Origin: Octopus bimaculoides
Taxonomy: Eukaryota
DNA length: 64,000 bases
NCBI RefSeq assembly: GCF_001194135.2
Contig: NC_068993.1
Coordinates: forward strand, 63,965,347 to 64,029,346
Direction: 5' to 3'
Under the pieces are notes generated by a model. It was not told the origin of the DNA. It made no database searches and saw only the letters and a list, made by a program, of their open reading frames with translations. A program made the translations under genes and the position numbers. This document shows, piece after piece, positions 1-12,770 of the stretch (position 1 is its first letter; the number at the start of each line of letters is the position of its first letter).

Positions 1-639
1 TCCTGCCAGCTCACCGCATTAAATCCACACGTAATATTGAAAAAAGGATAAAGATGATCCTCGGTATGAGATAATGGAGGATTAGGATTCCAACTCTAAA
101 ATTAGTGAAGAAAAATAGGATGACAAGAAAAGATAGGAGAACGCAGAATTAGAAAAATAAATCAAAACGTAATTTTATAAGATGATAACCTTTTCGGCAT
201 TTGAATTATACTGAGTGCTTCTTGATATTAATTGAAATCTTGTCTAGTTCCAATGCTTAATTAAGCAAGCAGTTAATTAACTTTGAAAATCAAAATAAAC
301 TGTCATTCGTTACCATTGTTTAATAGAGCAACTATAGGGGATGTTAAATTATCGATACTCAATGTACATGCTGCCAAATTCAACCCAGAATATTTCTACA
401 TCTAAAGATTAAAACCAAAATAGAAGATTTATGGAAAATCAGTTTTGTAAAGCAAAACAGATGATTCTAATTTCATGGTCGAAAACACTTAAACTAAATA
501 CACAGCTTTAAATAGAGTTAGGCGAGCAATAGGTCGGCGAAACAATATATTCCGTTTCTAGAGGGAATATATCTGGAACTGCAGTCAAGAAAACATGTAT
601 TCACACACAAACAAACACGAATTTGTACATATGTATTCA

Positions 640-693
<54 letters not shown>

Positions 694-854
694 CCTATCT
701 ATCTCTCTATCTCTCTATCTCTCTATCTATCTATCTACCTATCTCTTATATGTATATATACACGCATGCAATCATATCCTACACGCACACACACACATAC
801 ATACATACCTATAGGCATACACATATAAATATAAAATGAGTTCGATACCTTTGT

Positions 855-1080
855 ATTCCTTTATTCTTTTACTTGTTTCAGTCATTTGACTGTGGCCATG
901 CTGGAGCACCGACTTGAAGGATTGCAGTCGAAGAAATCGATTCCGAGACTTATTTTTAAAAGCCTAGTGCTTATTCTATCTGTCACCTTGCCGAACCGTT
1001 AAGTTACAGGGACGTAAACACACCAACACCGGTGGCTGTAGTGACAAACACAGATACAAATACACACACACACATATACA
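855..1080 (-). mobile_element. SINE family B 3' half
   Basis: cttgtttcagtcatttgactgtggccatgctggagcacc...aagcctagtgcttattctatc...ggacgtaaacacaccaacaccgg; shared with 16017-16215 and 60372-60560. Confidence 0.85.
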
Positions 1081-1164
1081 GTTCAAAATTTACAAAAATA
1101 GGACAAGAAGACGATATTTGACTCTCTGAGAATGGGAAATTAAAAAGAATCTTTAACGTTTCTA

Positions 1165-1330
1165 GTATTTACTCCTTCTTCCGAAAAATACGGTGCCCAA
1201 GAACAAGAATGATGGTTGTGCCTCGGAAATTCTGGTCTCGATGATAACCATTATATCTATATCTAGTGTTCTGAGATAACCGAGCAGGTTGCTCCTTTCG
1301 GAGCATGGCCATATTCGACAAGAAAAAGAA
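1165..1330 (-). mobile_element. L1/Tx1 AP-endonuclease N-terminal fragment
   Basis: RSNLLGYLRTLDIDIMVIIETRIS resembles the APE motif L..L....DI..IQETH; decayed A-rich sequence continues to about 1830. Confidence 0.45.
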
Positions 1331-1904
1331 AAGTGAGGAGAATCGCCTTTTTTTTTCTGTTGAAGAACGGATTTTCTCTCCTTCCGGCTGTTTGTGGGTG
1401 TTCCCATATATATTTCTTCATAGTCTTTTCTGCAAAATCCCACATAAATATTTAGGATATTTTGCTTTTCAATTTGCAACAAGATTTTTGACGTTCTTTT
1501 TATAATTTTTATAAGTATTAAGGTGTTTTGAGGGGATTGGTTTTGCTGTTCTTTTTGTCTGTTTGAATGAGGTTGTATCCTCATTTGTGAAATTGTTTGT
1601 AATGTTGCTGATGTTGCTAAGTGTTACAGATATTTGTAGCTGTGATCGCATTGAGGATCTGTGTGACTGTTTATTGGTTTCTTTGTCCCTTCTTTCAGTT
1701 ATCTGTTTTTAATCTGATGCAACATTTTTCATTTTCCATTTTCTTCATTTTGTTTTCCATTTTCAACAAAGTATCAACAAATTCATTCAAACTGGTTTCC
1801 TCGCAAGGCGAGTTAGTTTACTCTACCAGCTAGAAATATTAATCAGATTTTCTTTTAAGTTTTAGTTTGAAAGGACAATTTAGAAAGCAGTTTTTAGCAC
1901 CAAA

Positions 1905-2020
1905 ACAGGGCTTCAAATTTTAGGAAAGCGGAAGTCGAGTACATCGGTCTTAGAATCCAAGTGATACTTTATTTTATTAAATCCAGACAAAGTTGACTTG
2001 GGCGAAATTTGAGCTCAGAA
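1905..2020 (-). mobile_element. Decayed SINE family A fragment
   Basis: aaagttgacttgggcgaaatttgagctcagaa matches the family body. Confidence 0.55.
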
Positions 2021-4028
2021 ACTGATAACACAAATAATCTTGTCAGAAACTCTAACATATTGCCAATCTACCAGCGTAATGGTTTACTAGATAACGCAAT
2101 GCTAAACGTCCACAGAAAGATAGGATGCTTATTGTTAGAATGTCTTGATTCATCGGCTCTGTTAAGAGTGATTCTGAAGCTATACGACAACAACAATAAC
2201 AACAATCACAGTAACATCACAACTTCCGACTGAAGAGTAAATAAATCTCCTTCAATTAACGATCTTAAAAAACAGAGAACACGCTGAAGACTGTGGTCGG
2301 TCCTTATATACAAGATGGAATGTGTATCACTGGAGATCTTTTGATCAGTGGTTTGTTTGGTCAGAATGGACTCGTTTTTAACAAACAGCTACAACAATAA
2401 AACTCGATGCCAACCGTTTGCAGAAGAGATTAGAACTGATTTGAATTATTTCGAGTATATATATCTGATAATTCTAATATTAGAAAAACTAAACTAGGTA
2501 CTTTATGGAATTTAATCTAGTGAGGTTACTGTTTCTAGCAATAACCTCAGCTTAGTTGTTAATAAAAGAAATACGTCGATAACTAATGTAGTTTCACGTA
2601 TACTACGTATACTAGCAGTAATATACTCATAAATCGATTTCGACATTATTATTTCCTTAAGTTGACTAGCATACGCATAAATATTTAGTTTGTGAAGAGA
2701 AACACTATATGTCCTGGTTCTTTCGTGTGAGGGGAGCAAAATGCCTTACGACTGACTAAGAAGTTCGGGTAAAGCTGTAAGTTTTAGAAATTTACTTCTT
2801 AATAAAGGGCTTTCAAATTCTGTTGCTTTATGTGGCACATTGGGTGCCTCCTAGAATAGCCTCCGAGTTATCAATACCATGTTTGTGAAATTTGGGTGAA
2901 GTTAATACGTTGAAGGTTATTGCATGTATCAGAAAATCGCTTTAATATATATTTAATAAACTAAGAATATACCAAAACTACATGTAATATTAGGAATCTT
3001 CGATAATATATCTGATCCGTAATGTGAAGTAAACATCTGATAATTAAAATTATGGAAAAATGTTCAGTCTGTTTGGATCGTTGCAAATATCGGTTTCTTC
3101 TAATATTTCATGTTGCATTTTTCTATTTCGCTTGATGTTTCTCACACACTTTCTATTTCTATATCTCATGTCAGTAACACTTCTGTCTTTGCAGGCATTT
3201 TATTATGCATTACGTAGTTCACATATACACAAGTCAATATGGCTTTATGAAATGGTCCATACGAACAAATGGTATATGATTGTTTCCGGGAGGAAGGTGA
3301 TTCTGTTGCGTTTCGACATTGTCCTGCATTACAAACCTATGACATCTAAACTATGCTGTATATACAATTGTCTATATCTTAAGTTGCAATTATTAATCAC
3401 AGCTGCCAGGTAGCAGCGTAAGAATATGATACAAGTATCATTGACCTTTCGTTTTGTTTTACTCTCCGTGATTGTTATTATTTGAGTCTTACACTGCGTA
3501 AATTTATCTTCGAACAAATTCTGTTTCATTACAAAAGTAGTAAGATACATGCTAACTTTGTCAGTCCATGAAAAGATTCGTTTGTTCTTGTTTGGATACA
3601 GTTCGACATAGAATTTCTTTCTAGACATGATAAGAGGCGCGAGGGTGGCTGTAAAGTTGAGAAACTTGGTTTTTGTCTCAGTTCTGCTACACAGCAACTT
3701 GTGAAAGTGTCGCCTATTGTAGCGTCTAGTAGGCTACAGAATATTACGAGGTGTGTGTGTGTGTGTGCATATCAATTTAAATAAGAGCCATAACACAATC
3801 CATAATAAAACTTGTTTAATAACCTATGCACATTTCGATGCAAGATCCCGACTCACTCTTGTCTGAGATAAGAATATGGAGTCTTGCATCTCTTCATCTG
3901 CGATACACACAGACCCGAGTTTCTGGGTAGTTGCTCTTCTTCAGTGTGTGTTAATCACCAGCAAGTGATGAAGAACTCATTCCATTCGCATATATATATA
4001 TATATATATACACCAACTCCCACGCACG

Positions 4029-4141
<113 letters not shown>

Positions 4142-5385
4142 TATTTATCTATCTAGAAGTTTTTGACAAGAATATTGTAGACAATCATTTCTAAAATTCG
4201 GTTTGCTTAGCCTTCACTCCGCGAACAGATAATCATTTGCCGTAAAATCTTGAATAATAAGGTAAAAACAACTTATTGAACTACATGAAATTTCGCTAGA
4301 ATTAGAGCCAATTCTAATATGGTTGATAGACAACAAAAATAGACAACAAAGGTAGACAAGAAAATCAGTGATAATCAAGTTAGGAGCTGAGACAATAATA
4401 GCAATTTCACTCATTAATGCGAACACAATATAAAATAATTGTCTGGTATAAGATTTAGCGTGCGAGTGTTTAAACCTAGCGTTAGATTTAAATAGTAGTC
4501 TATCAATTGACCTATATGAGTGTGTGTGTGTGTGTGTATGTGTGTGTGTTTGCGCGCGGGCACACAAACACATACGCATATGTAATTATATTATTTATAT
4601 CTTTAACAAGTCTTAGCCACAATCAATCCCTCAACTGTCACAAAATCATTAGATATTTCATTTACTATATTTCCTTGCAGATTTTTCTTTGTTTCTTATT
4701 GTGCTGTGTATTCCTGGTCTTATTTTCGTCCGAATCAGCTTCTAAATTTAATAAATGAATTTTACAAAACCATTGCCAAAGGTTTCGCAATTTGTGTTTG
4801 CATCCTCTTTACCAATTTTAGTTCAGACGATGTTTATTTTCTCGTAATTGTTTGTCAATTGTATGGACAGACATAGTGTTCTCTCACGTAAACATGTTCA
4901 ACACATCAATAAACAGAACTAAAGAAGCAGAGAGTAAATAACCCGCCGGAATCAAATTCAACAACGGCAATTCTGTCTCGTCTTTTCTGTCCGCCATACG
5001 ATGTCAGGTGTTAAATATTGACAGCTTGATGTGGTAACGACCTGATTAATACATTAGAACTGTCTACTAAACTGACTAGCTTGCCTATTCCATTCGAATT
5101 TGAGTTTTAGTCGCCACTCAATCAATGAATTTTCGCAGTTAATCAATTGAATATAAGAACATGGGCTAACTTGGAGCCTGGTGAAGGTATTAGTGTCAAA
5201 TGCTTCTGACCACTGCTCTTATTGCTACTTTTGCCACTGTCCATGCTGCTGCTGTAACTGCTGCCACTACTACTACTGCAACTACTACTACTACTACCAC
5301 CGCCACCACTACCAGGCTCCTTATAGTTCTGTGAATATATCATTAGAGATATTTCACCTTGTTTTCTAAAGAGTTTATTTAAAAT

Positions 5386-5466
5386 TGGACAAAAATCGAT
5401 GGACAAAAAACTCATCGGACAAAAAGACGTTTGGCGAAGTGCCGTCGGACCAAAAGACGTAGCACC

Positions 5467-5467
<1 letters not shown>
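5386..5467. mobile_element. Probable end of a non-autonomous DNA transposon with subterminal ggacaaaa repeats
   Basis: Three ggacaaaa units plus a ggaccaaaa variant, ending in aaaagacgtagcaccc. Confidence 0.4.

Positions 5468-5533
<66 letters not shown>
5468..5533. repeat. (TAC)n microsatellite
   Basis: Direct reading; similar run at 46490-46556. Confidence 0.95.
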
Positions 5534-5768
5534 AGGGGAATCAATTAGGGAAAATGCACGTTGTGACCCGACTTGCTAGATATAGCAACTAACTCTCTCA
5601 TAATTCACAGCTTCTATCTTTTTTAAGGTAAAACATGTAGAGTAATGTAGTGGAAGAAAACTATGCAGGAAATGACAGGATGGTCATGCTTGGAATTCTT
5701 ATATTCATGTTGCGTTCCGTCAGTGCCGACGTGGAATTAAACAACAATAAAAACAATCAGTTACTAAT

Positions 5769-5977
5769 ATTGGTTTCAAATGTTGGTACAAGGCCAGACA
5801 TTTCGAGGCAAGGGGTAAGTCGATTACCCAAGTGATCAACTTATATTTATTTTATCGATCCTGAAAGGACGGAAGCGTAAGTCGACCTTGACTGAATTTG
5901 AAATCAGAACGTAAAAACGGATTTATGCCGCTAAACACTTTGCCCGGAGCTCTAGCGATTTTGCCAGCTCACCACCC
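5769..5977 (-). mobile_element. tRNA-derived SINE family A copy
   Basis: Shares head ggcggtgagctggcagaa, B-box-like gttcaaattc and body gaggtcgactttgcctttcatcc with many copies in the window. Confidence 0.85.
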
Positions 5978-5995
5978 CAACTTAGTACAACTAAC

Positions 5996-6197
5996 ATTGG
6001 TTTCAAATTATGACATAAGGCCAATAGTTTCGGACCAGGAGCTAAGTCAAATACAACGCCTCCACTGTATAACTGGTACTTATCAACCCTTGAGGACGAA
6101 AGGTACAATAGGCCTCGGCGGAATTTGAGCTCAGAACGGACGAAAGGCCGCTAAATATCTTGCACGGCGTATTAACGATTCTTCCAGCACAACGTCT
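5996..6197 (-). mobile_element. SINE family A copy
   Basis: cctcggcggaatttgagctcagaac...ccgctaa; tandem with the previous copy. Confidence 0.8.
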
Positions 6198-6227
6198 TAT
6201 TTATACCACTAATATTACAGACCTGAA

Positions 6228-6405
6228 TAAAGCTGCGTGCAGCGGAACCGTTAGCAATCCCGGCAAAATGCTTAGTGGCATTTCGTTATATTTACGTTCC
6301 AAGTTGCAAAGCCCGCTGAGGTCGACTTTGCCTTTAATCCTTCCGGGGTCGATAAAAGAAGTATCAGTCGGTCGATGCAATTGACTTACTCCTCTCCCAA
6401 TTCTA
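6228..6405 (+). mobile_element. SINE family A copy
   Basis: cggcaaaatgcttagtggcatttcg...gaggtcgactttgcctttaatccttccggggtcgataaaa. Confidence 0.85.
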
Positions 6406-6450
6406 AACATTTTGTCCGGCGTGCTGGCGATTCTGCCAGCTCACCGCCTT
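6406..6450 (-). mobile_element. SINE family A 5' fragment
   Basis: cattttgtccggcgtgctggcgattctgccagctcaccgcctt is the reverse complement of the head. Confidence 0.8.
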
Positions 6451-6477
6451 CAAGTATATATTCATATTGGCCTTAAA

Positions 6478-6658
6478 GCGTGGCACGAGGCTAGCAACTT
6501 AGGAGAGGGGAAAGTTGATGTAATCAACCCCAGTGCCAAATTAGTACTTACATTTTTTTTTACTTAAAGGATGAAAGACAAAGTCGACCTCGGCTGAATT
6601 TGAACCCGGAACGTAAAGACGGATAAAATGCTGCTCAGCCTTTTGTCTGGCGTTCTAA
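6478..6658 (-). mobile_element. SINE family A copy
   Basis: ggatgaaagacaaagtcgacctcggctgaatttgaacccggaacgtaaagacgg. Confidence 0.85.
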
Positions 6659-8538
6659 TTTGTTATTTCGCTTAAAGCCTGACAGGGAAGCTTACTTCCC
6701 TTCAATAATGCAGTATACATAATCAATGTCTATGTAATGGATCCTGTTAATAACAAAATTATTTTGGTGGAACGCGAACTCACAACGTCGTCAGACAAAA
6801 CTGTTTTACTTTTTCTACCACTTTAGCCGCAGCATTTCTGATATCTACCACTTCACCATACCCTTAGCACTCAAACGAGATGAAAAAAGTAACTAAAACA
6901 AATAAAAAGCAATGACAAAATTAATTAAAAACATAAAATAACATTACAAAAGATATTACAAGCAAATTATGTGTCTACGTAATCATCAGACAAACATCGG
7001 ATCAGTTGCTTGTTTTGTTGATCAAATAAAGAAAGAAAAAAAGAATGGTTATGGAGAGAAAAATGTGATAGCTGCAAATTAGTCGGACATATTTGTGAAA
7101 GATGTTAGCAACTTTTTATAGACTTTGCATTGTTCACACTAGGCTTGAGTTACAGAATACAAAAGTTGCAAGATTTTGTCGAATGAATCAAGGATGCTAG
7201 TTCGATTTCTCTAATCTGTACAGTTTGTTTTCATACTACTTATTTTGTCATCATTGATTTTACATCATTAATCAATAGACAGCATGAGAGATTAAGAGAT
7301 ACAGCGTGATTTATCTTCATATCATGAAACTGAAACGACCTGAAACAAGGCATTAAAATTCACAGGACAATTTCCCTTTTCCTGTTTTTTTCCTTTCAAT
7401 AATACAGTTTTTATTTCAGTTCAAATAACTTACAATCAATTTAGTAAAACTATTTGCTACATTATTGAGAGGAAATATTTAGAAAATGTATTTGTTTTGA
7501 AAAGCTTTAACCAATGTAGGTTTTCCAACTGCAACGGAAGAAATGGATGCTTGTCATACATATAAACAAGTTAGAGATATGGAAGACAGAAGTTGGTGTT
7601 ATGAATAAAATGAAATTCTCGATAAAAACAACAAAAAATCAATGGCATCAGAGGAAATATAGTGGAAGAAATATCATATAACGGATGGAAACTGAATGTA
7701 TGGAGGGAGTACTTAAACATTAATTACATGTAATTTTGGGGAGTATTCTGACAGTTTAACGTCTCTAAATTTGAAAAAGAGTTTATTTTGAAATTTATAT
7801 TAAACAAGAAAGAACTACTAAAAACGTAGCAGTAGAAAGTTCATCTTGAGTTGTTCTGGTATAATTAGCTAAAGAATTAAAAAAATTAGCAAATTTTACT
7901 TTTGGTTACATGTAATATTTAGAGTATTATTCATGCGTAAAATCAGTATTTTTATTCGAAAAAATCTATCTACAAATTTTGTATTTCAATTAATATTTTA
8001 AATTAATGAACGATAAAACTTGTATATTTATAGCAACTTATATTAGTATTTGCGTTCAGAGGAAGCTTATTTGCAAGGGGATGAAAAACAAAATATAAAT
8101 AATTATATAATTTCACATTTATTGCAGATATATTAATGAAACTCGACCAGTGGCAATATCGTATTAAGTTAATATGTGTATATTACGTGTACTACCATGC
8201 ATCAAACAATACAAAAGTAAATATGTTTTAAAACAGAATTTGTTTACTTCACTAAAATGCAACAGTTCGTTTCTATTGTAAAAAAAAAAAAATTAGAATC
8301 AATGATGTTATACATGTTCGTAAATAAGCTAGAATTAGAATATGTGCAGCTTAAGCATCGTAATGGATGAAATCCTTATTTATTTATCTTATCGCAAATG
8401 GTTTCATCTTGGTTACTAAAGTCTCAGCATTTCTGCCGTTGGACCCACTGAGCTTCTTCAGTATAATGTTTTCGGAATTCCCGACATCACCCTTTATTCA
8501 ATCCTCGGAGAAGACAATAGCCTTATTTCATTGCCTAC

Positions 8539-8632
8539 CTGCCTGCTTTAGAGATATTGCCGGTGATACTTGTACCAAACTGGTTAAGCAAAGTATTAAA
8601 CTGAAAGCTGCCAGGTAAATTATAAACAACAT
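8539..8632 (-). CDS. Candidate signal-peptide first exon
   Basis: ATG..MLFIIYLAAFSLILCLTSLVQVSPAISLKQA followed by G|gtaggc, a phase-1 donor; no matching downstream exon found. Confidence 0.25.
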
Positions 8633-9723
8633 ATGACATGCAGAAGATATTCTCTAAACTTTTGTATCATAATAATTAGCTGATGGAAATGACGAAATTT
8701 TGTAGTCGTGAGCTTAATACTCTTTATTTCTTAATTAAAAATTTCCATCTGAGGTTCCTGTCTACTCTACGCAAACTCTGAGGAATATTAGCTCTCAGCA
8801 TATGCACTGATTCTTTCTGTCAACAGTTACTGGCAACGTAAAACGGAAAAGAAAAGAAATAACACATTAATTAATTGTTTAAGACATATAATGTATTGGC
8901 TTCAGTCATTAGATTGCAGCCACGCAGGGGCACCACAAAAAGGATTTTCTTTTTTCTTGACAGTATTGTAAGTAAATTAGACATCAACAGCAAAAAATAT
9001 GTACAAAATATAAAACATAGCCAAAATTCATTTAGTGAAGAATTTCTGCAAGAGGGAATAAGTTTAGGATTTTATATTTGATGAAACTTTTTAAAGTTAC
9101 AAAAATTTAGGTCCCTTTAAGAAGTTGTCTTCAAAATTTTTATTTTAATATAACTTAAATCTTTTTGTCGTGCTGTATTTGGAGCACAACTTATAACTTA
9201 GGTTTAGAACTGCTAAATTTCCATTTGTGAAAATCGAATTATATTTCTAAATTTCCCGTTGTAGTTATTGACTAAAATTTGAACGAAAAGTACATAAAGA
9301 AAAAAAAAAAATGATAAATGGAAGATGAATTTTTGTTATACAAAGTACTTCGTCACAATCAGATTATTTCATCAAATTATCACTGATTGTGTAACGAAGG
9401 AAATTCCTTTGAGTCACTCTTTAACAAATTGACAGTTATATGGTTTCTGCAGAGACCCATTTCTGCATTAAAATGAAAGAGCCAATGTATTTATATATCG
9501 TAGTAGTAAGGAGAGGGAACATCTTATAGAAAAGAGATGATACAGTGTTCTGTTGCCGTCCAGTCTCGACTGAGAGATAAAGCTAATTATGGTTTATTTG
9601 ATTTTCATTTAACCACAAGTTGTATTTATTTCTGTACATGCTCGCATCGATATAGATTGATTTATTCTGTAATTAATATGTATCTGTTTTGCAATGTACA
9701 CATAGAAATTTACATAAACTGGT

Positions 9724-9899
9724 TTTAAATTTTGTCACGAGGCCAGCAAGGCGTAACTCGATTACAATGACCTCATCGCTCAGCTTGTACTCATTTTCTT
9801 GACCCGAAAGGATGAAACGCAAGGTCGACCTCGGTGGAATTTGAACTGAAAACGTAAAACCGGCCGAAATACCGCTAAACATTTTTCCAGTGTGCTAAT
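9724..9899 (-). mobile_element. SINE family A copy
   Basis: gacccgaaaggatgaaacgcaaggtcgacctcggtggaatttgaactg. Confidence 0.85.
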
Positions 9900-9966
9900 A
9901 ATTATGTCAGCGCACCAACCTGAATTAACATACATATGCTCACACACATGTACATGCACGCCCCCA

Positions 9967-9968
<2 letters not shown>

Positions 9969-9998
<30 letters not shown>

Positions 9999-10135
9999 CT
10001 TCTTCTTCTTCTTCTTCTTCTTCTTCTTCTTCTTCTTCTTCTTCTTCTTCTTCTTCTTCTTCTTCTTCTTCTTCTTCTTCTTCTTCTTCTTCTTCTTCTT
10101 CTTCTTCTTCTTCTTCTTCTTCTTCTTCTTCTTCT
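9969..10135. repeat. (CTT)n microsatellite, about 55 perfect units
   Basis: Direct reading. Confidence 0.98.
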
Positions 10136-10140
10136 GTTTC

Positions 10141-10257
10141 TTGAGTAACGCTGCGATGGACTGGCGTTCCGCCCAGCTTGGGGGAACACATACGCCATAG
10201 AAACCGGAAAACCGGGCCCATGAGCCTGGTTAGGCTTTAAAAGGGCGCATAAAAAAA
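10141..10257 (+). mobile_element. SINE family C 3' half
   Basis: gctgcgatggactggcgttccgcccag..ggggaacacatacgccatagaaaccggaaaaccgggcccatgagcc resembles the Deu/Nin-domain consensus (recalled). Confidence 0.7.
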
Positions 10258-10262
10258 TATTG

Positions 10263-10480
10263 AAGGCAGTGAGCTGGCAGATCCATTAGCATGCTGGACG
10301 AAATGCTTAGCGGTATTTCGTCCGTCGCTACGTTCTGCGTTCAAATTCCACCGAGACTTTGTTTTCATCTTTTCAGGGTCGATAAATTAAGAACCAGTGA
10401 AACACTGGGGTTGATGTAATCAGCCAGTCGCCTCCCCCAAAACTTCAGGCCCTGTGCCTTTAGTAGAAAGGATTATTATT
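10263..10480 (+). mobile_element. SINE family A full-length copy with (ATT)n tail
   Basis: aggcagtgagctggcaga...gttcaaattccaccgag...gggtcgataaattaag...tagtagaaaggattattattatt. Confidence 0.9.
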
Positions 10481-12144
10481 ATTGTGAAGTATATTTGCCA
10501 CCTAAATGTGGCGGACCCATAGGGGAAGATGTTACTGTTGTCTATAGCTCCAGGAAGACATCTCCTCCTGCTGGGCAAAAAGACACTGTGTCCGATTAGT
10601 ATTTGCGAAGGGAAATCATCTCCATTTCGATAGTTTGATAGTTGATATATTATAAATTTAATAGAATCTGTGCAGAGGTGGAATGCTATTTTAGAGAATT
10701 GAAAACAGTATTCTGTGCATGAGTAATTTAACAGCAAACATTATGGAAGGTTTACCATATTTTTGTGTTTTATTTCCAAACGTTGCAACTTATTGTAATG
10801 CAATATAAATTCTTGTTTATTATAGAAAATCAAGTATAAAGCCTAGCTCCCTTTTACTTAATCTTATTTCTGCTGTACATTTTTCCTAAATATGTTAGTA
10901 ACAATGAGAGTATTTAACGGCAAACCTCTATGTATGTTACAAATTTGCCGTTTATTATGGAAGCGATAAAATTGTTTATACTAATTTCAATGGCTGATTG
11001 TACTCCGTTATTAAAAAACAAACTGGAATTGTAATTCTTTCCAAACAAACAATTATGTAGGCATTTTGTAATTAATAGCATTAACATTCAAGGAAGAATC
11101 AATATATATATATAACAGAGCTTGTGTGTGCGTGTGTATGTGTGTGTGTGTGCGTGTGTATGTGTGTGTGTGTGTGATGCGTATGTTCCTTATGGATTCG
11201 AAAACTGAGTTGCCGGTTTTGACGTCTGAGGTATCAAAACATTCAGTAATCTTACGGCTACCAAATGAAGTATGTTTTTTTTTCTACCACAATTCTATTT
11301 TACTGCAAAAATAACCTCGAAAATGATGTCAGGTCGCACAATTTTGAGGTCATTTTGGGGCAATATTTGAATTTGCTTCTAATTTACGTTGCCAATTTTT
11401 ATGTTTTCGGTGTCAAAAAATGCAGTAATGTGCAAAATGTGTTATAAGTGCATTTGTGACGCAGGAAGCTCTATTTATCAACGGAAAATGACCCCAAAAC
11501 ATGCTTTTTCTGAACAATTATTGGCACATTTTCCATCAATAATGGTTTTTGCAACAATCTCTATTTTTCATAGAGCGTGTACTATAACGCGAGTGGTGCA
11601 ATGGAAAACAAATGTCTAACGTGTTAACATCAGTGAAGACAACAACAACACCGTGCATTTATACAAGTGCAAATTAAGGTCATCTACACACATAAAAAGT
11701 AATAGTCAATCTATCAGTGTAGAATAATTTATATATGGCATATTTAGTCTAATTTTTTAATGTTTATAAATGATTATTTAATTACATTTCAATTTATTTG
11801 ACTTATTTTCAAACATTCTAATATTTTACTTTACATTGTATTTTTATTTTTGATTTTTATTCGTAATTTAATGTGCCTCTGATTGTCTTTGTCTATATCT
11901 CTATCTGTACCTGTTTATAGATGTGTGTGTACGTGTGTGTATGTGTGTGTAAGTGTGTGTCTGTGTGTTTATATCTGCACAAATGCGTATATATGTACAT
12001 ATCTTAGGTATATATGTATATATATATATATACACACAAACATGCCAATTTATGTAGCTATCTATCTATCTATGTATATGTCTATCTGTGTGTGTGTGTG
12101 GGTGTGTGGGTGGGTGGCTGTGTATATCGTTTGTAGAAATGCAT

Positions 12145-12770
12145 AAATCCGGAGGAGAAGCACACTCTAAGATGTTTATGGGGTTAACCTGGGTTCTCGC
12201 TCATAAGGTGTTTAGTCTTACGGCGTATCTTTAGATCCTAAACATTGTTGGCCTGAGACCTCTTTAAAATATGGAGGTGGAAAACCCTCATTTTTAAGAG
12301 TAAAACCCTATGTGATTATCTCCCTTTGACATTGTCCCTCGATCTTCGGTCATGTCATGCTGCCATCTTGCGGTCACCAAAGCACCACGAAGGTAAAACA
12401 AATTGTCTCTCTTCGGCCTTGGCTATTGTTTTCCAGCTGTGACGCTGCGGATTCCAAAAGGCCAGCAGGAATTTTCTAAACTCCGTCCTGGAGTTCAGGA
12501 TACTCCCTGGCACCATCGAGTCTTTAAGTATTTTCGTGCGTTCGGCAATGCATAACTTGCACCGTTTCGTCCCGTTGATGTAGGAGCCTAGGTTGTCGAG
12601 TACATTTCATGCGACCGAGTACGAATCTCGTCGTCACATAATTGGCAGATATGGCTGACCAGCGATGTCACTTATTTCCTTTCTGGGACTGTGAAGGAGG
12701 ACAGATGATTGGAAATACGTTGTTTGAGAGAATTCCCAATGCACCACACGTGCTTTTGTGGGCGCGTGGT
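12145..12770 (-). mobile_element. Penelope-like element, GIY-YIG region and 3' UTR
   Basis: Minus-strand translation GNSLKQRISNHLSSFTVPERK*VTSLVSHICQL...VA*NVLDNLGSYINGTKRCKLCIAERTKILKDSMVPGSILNSRTEF, with PLE CxLCxxE and LNxRxE motifs; stops and frameshifts present. Confidence 0.75.

Noticed and set aside
9892-10221. Poly-F/L/E/R ORFs and similar HT/CV/YI/MYV-repeat ORFs across the window
   Set aside because: Translations of microsatellites; no coding evidence.
12160-12215. Possible hammerhead at the 3' end of the 12-kb PLE (cttatga...taaac on minus)
   Set aside because: Two core substitutions and no clear stems; too degenerate to call.
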